Shown: one piece after another, positions 6,967 through 12,780 of the stretch | How positions within the stretch are numbered: position 1 is the stretch's first letter | Layout of the letters: every line of letters starts with the position of its first letter | Source of the DNA: Pseudomonadota bacterium | GTDB taxonomy: Bacteria; Bdellovibrionota; FAC87; UBA2466 | Assembly: GCA_043718025.1 (NCBI GenBank) | Contig: JAYSWN010000065.1 | Location: 1-12,780, forward strand | Direction: 5' to 3' | Length of the DNA stretch: 12,780 nucleotides | Position numbers and translations under genes: made by a program | The notes under the pieces: model-generated | What the model was told of the DNA's origin: nothing | Database searches by the model: none | The model's input: the letters and a program-made list of their open reading frames with translations, nothing else

Positions 6967-7968
6967 ATGAAAACAGGCAATTACCAACAAAGCGATTTTT
7001 ACTTGGTGCAAAAAACCCTGAAGCAGCCGCTATTTTTTGAAGGCGTCAGTCTGCACTCGGGGAAAGTGTGCCGCCTTGAGCTTCGGCCCGCGCCCCCAAA
7101 TCAGGGCATTCTGTTTTATCGAACCGACGTCGATCACAGCACGCCAATTCCGGCCCATTTTGATTACGTTATCAGTACCAACTTAGCCACCACGTTGGCC
7201 CACCCCTCGCACCCGCAATCCCGCATCGCCACGGTTGAACATTTGATGGCGGCAATTTATGGCTCGGGCTTGAATAACCTCACGGTGCTGGTGCATGGGG
7301 ATGAGCTGCCTATTTTGGACGGCAGCGCCCACCCATTTGTCGCGGCGATTGAGCAAGCTGGTTTTGATTTCCAACCCTTTACGGCGCCGGTACTCAAGAT
7401 CAAACGCCCGATTAAGTTTTACGCCAACGGCGCCATCTGTGAGTTATTACCGCGAAACGATTTACGCCTTACCACCTCCATTGATTTTCCACACCCGCTG
7501 ATTGGCCAACAAACTTTCGCGATCGATATCGTTCCGCAGACTTTTTTTGAAGAAGTGGCCAAAGCGCGCACTTTTGGTTTCTTGCGCGACGTCGACGCGT
7601 TGAAAAAGATGAACCTGGCCCAAGGCGCCTCGCTCGAAAATGTTTTGGCCTTCGATGAAAATGTGATTCTGAATCCGGAAGGCGCCCGGTACTCAGATGA
7701 ATGCGTTCGCCACAAGCTACTCGACGCACTTGGCGACCTAGCCCTCTGCGGTTCTTTCATTCAGGGTGAGTTTGTCAGCTTCCGTGGCGGCCACTCTATC
7801 CACCTGCAATTGCTGCAATCGCTTAAGACTCAAAGCAGCTCGTGGGTACTTGAAAAATCTGAACCACTTCCGCCCAGGCTTTACAGTGCGTGGGGCCCAA
7901 TGAAAACATCTGAGCTCGGCCCTTCAGAAAATGAAATGCCGCTTATTGGAACGCCCGCAAACTGCTGA
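6967..7968 (+). CDS. lpxC: UDP-3-O-acyl-N-acetylglucosamine deacetylase
   Basis: Motifs QKTL...GVSLHSG, ATVEHLMAA, ELPILDGSA, VAKARTFGF, ECVRHKLLDALGDL and GGH. Alternative starts TTG 7003 or GTG 7006 are possible. Confidence 0.97.
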   Translation: MKTGNYQQSDFYLVQKTLKQPLFFEGVSLHSGKVCRLELRPAPPNQGILFYRTDVDHSTPIPAHFDYVISTNLATTLAHPSHPQSRIATVEHLMAAIYGSGLNNLTVLVHGDELPILDGSAHPFVAAIEQAGFDFQPFTAPVLKIKRPIKFYANGAICELLPRNDLRLTTSIDFPHPLIGQQTFAIDIVPQTFFEEVAKARTFGFLRDVDALKKMNLAQGASLENVLAFDENVILNPEGARYSDECVRHKLLDALGDLALCGSFIQGEFVSFRGGHSIHLQLLQSLKTQSSSWVLEKSEPLPPRLYSAWGPMKTSELGPSENEMPLIGTPANC

Positions 7969-7985
7969 GTGGGGAAGCGATTCCA

Positions 7986-8660
7986 TTAAAAATACTTTTC
8001 CTGCGGCATAGCCGATGGTGCCCCCTGCCAGCTTACGTTTCCATTCTCTAAAACGACCACCGACGAAAAAATTTCAAGATCCGCCAAGTCATGGGTTACC
8101 CACAAAACACTGAGCTTTAGCTCATTTACCACTTTAGCGACTTCAGCGCGCAGATCACGCCGTAATCTCGGATCTAAAGCCGAAAAAGGCTCATCAAATA
8201 AAAGTACCTTAAAGCCAGAAACCAATGCCCGCGCTAAAGCCACCCGTTGTGCTTCGCCGCCCGAAATTTCGTGCGGCCGCCGATCTTTAATTGCGGCAAT
8301 GCCAAACCTTTCGGCCCAGTTTTTAACTTCGGGCCGCCAAACTGCTGCCGACTTACCCGCGACCTCCAAGGGGAATGAAATATTACGTTCGGCCGATAAA
8401 TGGGGAAACAAAGTATTTTTTTGAAACACGTAGGCTAAACGACGTTTTTCTGGCGGAAAGGCCGAACGGTCCTCACCTTCAATGCGCACTTGCCCCGTAG
8501 TGTAGGGCAAAAACCCACCGAGTGCGGTAAGCAGGGTACTTTTTCCACTGCCGCTTTTACCCATCACCCCCGAAATTTGGCCGGGGCTGACCTCAATCAA
8601 TGGAATGGTAAGCTGAAATGCCTTTTGTCCCGGCGGCACCACCCGCAGGTTTTTAATCAT
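7986..8660 (-). CDS. thiQ: Thiamine ABC transporter ATP-binding subunit
   Basis: Walker A GKSGSGKST, Q-loop VFQ, signature ISGGEAQRVALARAL, Walker B LLFDEPFSALD and H-loop VTHD. Start reassigned to ATG 8660, a TAATG overlap with the thiP stop (224 aa). Substrate inferred from the adjacent thiB. Confidence 0.85.
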   Translation of the reverse strand: MIKNLRVVPPGQKAFQLTIPLIEVSPGQISGVMGKSGSGKSTLLTALGGFLPYTTGQVRIEGEDRSAFPPEKRRLAYVFQKNTLFPHLSAERNISFPLEVAGKSAAVWRPEVKNWAERFGIAAIKDRRPHEISGGEAQRVALARALVSGFKVLLFDEPFSALDPRLRRDLRAEVAKVVNELKLSVLWVTHDLADLEIFSSVVVLENGNVSWQGAPSAMPQEKYF

Positions 8661-10273
8661 TAGTCCCATTTCGTAGACCTCACTAGGGTGGAAGAGCCAA
8701 CCACGGCCGATAGTAATGTGAGCAGCAACACGCCGTAGGCCGCCCCTTCCGCAAAGCGGTAGCGCTGAACCGAACGAAATATTTCTACCGAAAGAGTGCT
8801 GATCTCCCCCGGTGAAAAGAGCAGGAGCGAGGCCACCTCGCCCATCGAAATGCCAACCGTTAACAGCCCGGCCGTCAAAAATGCGGGGCCAAGCAACGGC
8901 CGTTCCACCAGCCAAAACAACTTCAAGGGTGAAGCGCCAAAACTTCGTGCCGAAACATAAAGGGGATCCGGAATTTTAAACAGCGCATCGCGAATCACCC
9001 GGGAAGCCAGCGGTAGAGAAGAAAATGCCTGCACCAAAGCTACTGGCCACAGATATCCGCGTAAACTCGCCATGGTCTCAGGGTAAAATGTGAGCAGCGC
9101 CACCGAGAGTACCAGAGAGGATACCGCCAATGGCAAAGCCGGCAAAAAAGTCCACAGGGCACCAAATCGACTCTCGCCCCATTGCTTTTCGGCAAACGCA
9201 AAGAACGTTGCCATCGGCAAGGTTATCGCGACGACGAGGAGTGCCAAGCTGAGCGACGCCAACACCGAAGTCATGGCATCACCGACAGGCAACTGTCCAA
9301 GGGAGTTTACCCCTTCACTCACCAAAACAAACAGCGGCGCCAGAACCACGCCAAAAAAAAGTGCGGCAAAAACAACGTAAAGAACAATTCGACTGATCGG
9401 ATGGCGGACAAAATAAAGCGGCGCCACCGCGGCGGAGAGATGATCTTGACTGGCTCCCCTCCACTCGAACTTTCGCAAAATAAAATAGAGTGCCGATGAA
9501 ATCGCGAGCGAGACTAATGAAAGTCGTACCGCCAGTCCAATGTTCGAGTCCATCTTAAGTGCCTGGTAAATAGCCACTTCGAGGGTGGTGGCCCGTGGAC
9601 CACCGCCCAGAAACAGGGCCACTACAAAACTGGTCATACTCGAATACAAAAAGCTGAGCACCAGGGCCGTTCTCAACGCCGGCCAAAGTCGCGGGAGAGT
9701 CAGCGAAAAAAAAGTGCGTAGACGAGACGCGCCGTAGGCAAGCGAACTAAACTCTAACCGACGATCCAAACCACGTAAGCCCAGTCCCAAACAGAGCAAA
9801 AAGAGCGGAAAGTTAAAAAAAGCATTCGCTAAAACGATTCCGGGGATTCCGTAGACGTCGACCGCAAAAAAACTTTTGGTGCCAACCAAACGGTTCCACA
9901 GGCCTGAACGTCCCCACACGCCCAAGATGGCCAACACCACCAAAAGGCTTGGGCATGAGAAACAGAGCAACGACAAGCGGCTGAGCTTTGGCGGCCAAGC
10001 AGAGCTCGTCTCAAAAAGGAGAAACGCCGCCCCGCCCCCCAATAGCAATGAAAGCAAGGTGCTTAACAAAGCTTGGCCGTAAGTGAACACAATAATGCGG
10101 GAAAAATACTCTCCGGAAAGTGAGGCACTCACTTTGTTACCCGAAAGGCCCGTAATAAAAAGAGCGGCAACGGGCAGTAGAAAAACGAAAAAGAAAACCA
10201 CACACGCGGGGAAAAATCCGAGACTGGGAATCGTTTGACTCTTTATGGGGTGTGGCTGAGCGCCTGGGTCCAT
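8660..10273 (-). CDS. thiP: Thiamine ABC transporter permease (two fused TM domains)
   Basis: Motifs FTYGQALLSTLLS, YGIPGIVLANAFFNFP and LGGGPRATTLEVAIYQ, with two EAA-like loops. Start set at ATG 10273, which overlaps the 3' end of thiB at a Trp codon (CAATGG), as I recall for enterobacterial thiB/thiP. Confidence 0.9.
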   Translation of the reverse strand: MDPGAQPHPIKSQTIPSLGFFPACVVFFFVFLLPVAALFITGLSGNKVSASLSGEYFSRIIVFTYGQALLSTLLSLLLGGGAAFLLFETSSAWPPKLSRLSLLCFSCPSLLVVLAILGVWGRSGLWNRLVGTKSFFAVDVYGIPGIVLANAFFNFPLFLLCLGLGLRGLDRRLEFSSLAYGASRLRTFFSLTLPRLWPALRTALVLSFLYSSMTSFVVALFLGGGPRATTLEVAIYQALKMDSNIGLAVRLSLVSLAISSALYFILRKFEWRGASQDHLSAAVAPLYFVRHPISRIVLYVVFAALFFGVVLAPLFVLVSEGVNSLGQLPVGDAMTSVLASLSLALLVVAITLPMATFFAFAEKQWGESRFGALWTFLPALPLAVSSLVLSVALLTFYPETMASLRGYLWPVALVQAFSSLPLASRVIRDALFKIPDPLYVSARSFGASPLKLFWLVERPLLGPAFLTAGLLTVGISMGEVASLLLFSPGEISTLSVEIFRSVQRYRFAEGAAYGVLLLTLLSAVVGSSTLVRSTKWD

Positions 10274-11247
10274 TGTTTCGTCCACTCTGCACGGTGGGTT
10301 GCCCAAGCCGCTTTGGTTAACTTAGTAGTTTCTTTGACCGGCGGCAATTTTTGGAATGCCTCGGGCAAAGTCACGGCTACCGAAGGGTACATCCATTGTT
10401 TGAGCGGTAATGCCGTCTGGATTCGGTCCGAAAGCAAAAAGGCCAACCATTTTTTTGCCAGCGTTTTATTCTTAGATTGTTTCACAATCCCCACCCCTTC
10501 CACCTGCTTGAAATGCCCTTCGGTGAAGCTAAGTGAAGAGTAAAAGTCTACCTTCTCTTCGACCACGTGGTAGGCCGGACTGGTGGTGTACGACAAAACG
10601 AAATCACACTCTTTCTTCAGAAAAGCGCCATAAGCACTCGACCAGCCGGGTGCGATGGTGACGAACGCTGGTTGAAAGCCGGTCCAAAAATTTAAGAACT
10701 CATTTTCGGGCACCAACACCCCTACCCAGGCTAAGAGACTCTGACCAAGACTGGAGGTGCGCGGATCCTGAACAATCACTTTCTTTTTATTTTTCGGATC
10801 TTTAGCCCAGGTCAAAAATGAAACCGGCTCTTTCGAGGGTGAGGTGCGGCGCGAATCAAACACAAAGGCTAGGTAGCCGAAATCGAAAGCCACGGCCTGC
10901 TCAGAATTAAATCGGTGTTCGGTGGCCGGTCGATGCAATAGCTCCGGCGGTAGTTTAGCCATTACGCCAAGCTCTTCGACTTGCCCTAACTGCAACCCAT
11001 CGAACCCGAACAAGATATCGGCTTTAGTCTTTTTGCCCTCCAGCTTTAACTGTCCGATGGCTTCGGCCATAGTGGAAAAGGAGATAAGTTCGGTTTTAAT
11101 CCCGCTCTCTTTTTCAAACTCAACCGCCAGGTATTTACCGAAAGAGTGCTTTGAGGCCAAAGAGTCGTAGGTATAAACGGTTACCACTTTTTGCTGGGCC
11201 GCCGAAAGGACCGAGGATAGGAAAAGAATAGCTACAATTTTTTTCAT
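10243..11247 (-). CDS. thiB: Thiamine ABC transporter periplasmic binding protein
   Basis: Signal peptide plus ThiB/TbpA motifs VYTYDS, QDPRTSSLG, GWSSAYGAFLK, VLSYTTSPAYH, FTEGHFKQVEG and WMYP. Confidence 0.93.
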   Translation of the reverse strand: MKKIVAILFLSSVLSAAQQKVVTVYTYDSLASKHSFGKYLAVEFEKESGIKTELISFSTMAEAIGQLKLEGKKTKADILFGFDGLQLGQVEELGVMAKLPPELLHRPATEHRFNSEQAVAFDFGYLAFVFDSRRTSPSKEPVSFLTWAKDPKNKKKVIVQDPRTSSLGQSLLAWVGVLVPENEFLNFWTGFQPAFVTIAPGWSSAYGAFLKKECDFVLSYTTSPAYHVVEEKVDFYSSLSFTEGHFKQVEGVGIVKQSKNKTLAKKWLAFLLSDRIQTALPLKQWMYPSVAVTLPEAFQKLPPVKETTKLTKAAWATHRAEWTKQWTQALSHTP

Positions 11248-11259
11248 GCGGAGGTCTTA

Positions 11260-12126
11260 TCAGACCTGGCGCCGAACCAAAAGAGATCCCCACTCTTGAA
11301 GAAAACGAGACTCTTCAAATGCGAAACCCTGGGGTTTGAGTATCCGAATGGCGTCGGGCACTTGGTGTACCAAAAGGCCGGCCAGTATTAAATACCCCCC
11401 TCTTCGGCAAAGGCGGCTGTATTGGGGGGCCAACTCCCGATGGGTCTCAAGCAAAATGTTAGAGACCACCACCGAGTATTCGTTTTTTAGTGAGGCAACT
11501 GAATCACCGCTTACCTGTACGTTTCGACACCCATTGTGAGCACAGTTGTCGGTAGCGGCTTCGACGGCCAATGGGTCATTATCGACCGCCGTAACGTTTT
11601 GGTATTTCAGAAAGTGACCGGCCATGGCCAAAATTCCGGTGCCGGTGCCAACGTCCAGCAAAGTCTCTTTCGCCGGATCAGGAAAAAAGCGCGTCACTTT
11701 TTCTAGAATGCGCAGGCTAAGCCGCGTGCTAGCGTGAAGGCCGGTGCCGAATGCCTGGCCGGGCTCCATCTCAATCGGAATCATTCCGAAGGGAACCGGA
11801 ACGTCGGCTTCCCACAACGGCTTTAAGAAAAATAATTTGGTGAGCTTTTGGGCGTGAAAAAATTTTTTGTAAGCATCGGTCCAGTTTTCGTCTTGCACCA
11901 CCGCGAGGGTAAAAGCGAGCGGCGCTGTATCCTGACGAAGTTCCATGAGCGAGCCCAAGTAAACGCGGACTTGCTGTTCTACGCCAGCCCGTAGACTTTC
12001 AGGAAAATAGGCCAAAAGTTGGGTGTCTTTTTCTTCTACGCCCTCGGCGCCCAATTCAAAAAACCGATTAGAGAGGCATTCGAAAAGATCGGGAGGAGGG
12101 GTCAAACTCAATTTAAACCAGGGCAT
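11260..12126 (-). CDS. prmA: Ribosomal protein L11 methyltransferase
   Basis: Motifs ELGAEGVEE, DENWTDAYKKFF, EPGQAFGTGLHASTRL, SAM motif LLDVGTGTGILA, AVDNDPLAV, VVVSNIL and LILAGLL. Confidence 0.93.
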   Translation of the reverse strand: MPWFKLSLTPPPDLFECLSNRFFELGAEGVEEKDTQLLAYFPESLRAGVEQQVRVYLGSLMELRQDTAPLAFTLAVVQDENWTDAYKKFFHAQKLTKLFFLKPLWEADVPVPFGMIPIEMEPGQAFGTGLHASTRLSLRILEKVTRFFPDPAKETLLDVGTGTGILAMAGHFLKYQNVTAVDNDPLAVEAATDNCAHNGCRNVQVSGDSVASLKNEYSVVVSNILLETHRELAPQYSRLCRRGGYLILAGLLVHQVPDAIRILKPQGFAFEESRFLQEWGSLLVRRQV

Positions 12127-12138
12127 TAAAATCTCACT

Positions 12139-12780
12139 TCAGTATTTTGGTATGCCGTCGACGCCCTCAAAGACATCCATTCCCTGAATCTCTCGTTCGA
12201 GGTCGCGATCGTCATCGCCGCTTTCTTCTCGTTCGCGGGCAATCTTGCGGCGCTCACTCATTTGAGCCTCTACGGCTAAAAGCCGTTTCTGCGCTTTTGC
12301 AATCTCTCTTGGGTCGGATAACAGTTCAATGGCCTTTTTCCAAGCCTCTTTCGCGTCGGAGTACTTTCCCAGTCCTTCTAAGGCAAAGCCCACCCAAGCG
12401 TAATTTGTTCCGTTTTGCGGCTCGTACTGCAGCGCTTTAACGAAACTGGCCATCGCGAGTTTGAGACTTTTGCTATTGAGGTAGTTCACGCCAAGCTCAC
12501 GGTAGGCCGTGCCGTCTTGTGGATGTTTCCTCACGTAAAGGATGAGGTAGGCCGTCGATTGGTCAAGCTTGCCGCTGTTTCGCAGCAACACGGCCTTACG
12601 GATCTCTTTTTTTGAAATCTTGTCGGTGGGAGTCGATTCAAGCTGGGCCATGGCGCCGTCGTAGTCTTTTTTCTGCGCTAGCCGAGCAATGGCCTCGGGG
12701 GCGTACTGCTGCAGTTTCTCTTTGGCGATCGCGGCTTCATTATTAATCGCGTAAGCGCGCTGCCAAAATTTGATGGCCTC
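12139..12780 (-). CDS. Tetratricopeptide repeat protein; 5' end outside the window
   Basis: The frame stays open upstream of 12651 to the window edge (EAIKFWQRAYAINNEAAIAKEKLQQYAPEAIARLAQKKDYDGA-MAQ...). TPR units include AYRELGVNYLNSKSLKLAMASFVKALQYEPQN and NYAWVGFALEGLGKYSDAKEAWKKAIEL. Acidic C-terminal tail. Confidence 0.85.
   Translation of the reverse strand, partial: EAIKFWQRAYAINNEAAIAKEKLQQYAPEAIARLAQKKDYDGAMAQLESTPTDKISKKEIRKAVLLRNSGKLDQSTAYLILYVRKHPQDGTAYRELGVNYLNSKSLKLAMASFVKALQYEPQNGTNYAWVGFALEGLGKYSDAKEAWKKAIELLSDPREIAKAQKRLLAVEAQMSERRKIAREREESGDDDRDLEREIQGMDVFEGVDGIPKY

Noticed and set aside
7969..7985. GGAA-GCGA-TTCC mini-hairpin between convergent lpxC and thiQ as a terminator
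   Set aside because: The stem is only 4 bp and there is no convincing U-tract on the lpxC strand; too weak to call.
8661..8915. 85-aa N-terminal extension of the ABC ATPase overlapping thiP
   Set aside because: It is an alternative-frame read of thiP; the TAATG junction at 8660 gives a normal-sized ThiQ.
4309..12615. Numerous antisense or alternative-frame ORFs within priA, the 270-aa gene, galU, lpxC, thiP, thiB, prmA and the TPR gene, plus the 73-aa ORFs at 6733-6980
   Set aside because: They are shadows of well-supported genes or of a promoter region, with no recognisable motifs.
12649..12651. ATG 12651 as the start of the TPR protein
   Set aside because: The frame remains open with TPR-like sequence to the window edge, so the gene is 5'-truncated by the window.

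Overview
Bacterial chromosomal window, mostly housekeeping and cell-envelope genes. The gene content (a myxobacteria/Bdellovibrio-type outer-membrane beta-barrel and sigma54 promoters) suggests Bdellovibrionota or another deltaproteobacteria-like lineage; this is inference. Gene order: partial lipoprotein HExxH metallopeptidase (-, missed by the ORF track) | regulatory/repeat-rich spacer | lgt (+) | small hypothetical (-) | OM beta-barrel (-) | priA (-) | secreted hypothetical (-) | galU (-) | lpxC (+) | thiQ-thiP-thiB (-) | prmA (-) | partial TPR protein (-). I see no CRISPR array, RNA gene, transposase or defence system. The most unusual signals are non-coding. (1) A REP/REPIN- or MITE-like element at 883-996: a perfect 23-bp unit in tandem plus an inverted copy, whose end supplies the TTG of a putative -35 box for lgt. 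(2) Two well-formed sigma54 promoters, for the lipoprotein peptidase and for lpxC, each with candidate enhancer repeats. (3) Several promoters placed to give near-leaderless mRNAs without Shine-Dalgarno sites. (4) thiBPQ lies 12 bp behind prmA, leaving no room for a TPP riboswitch.
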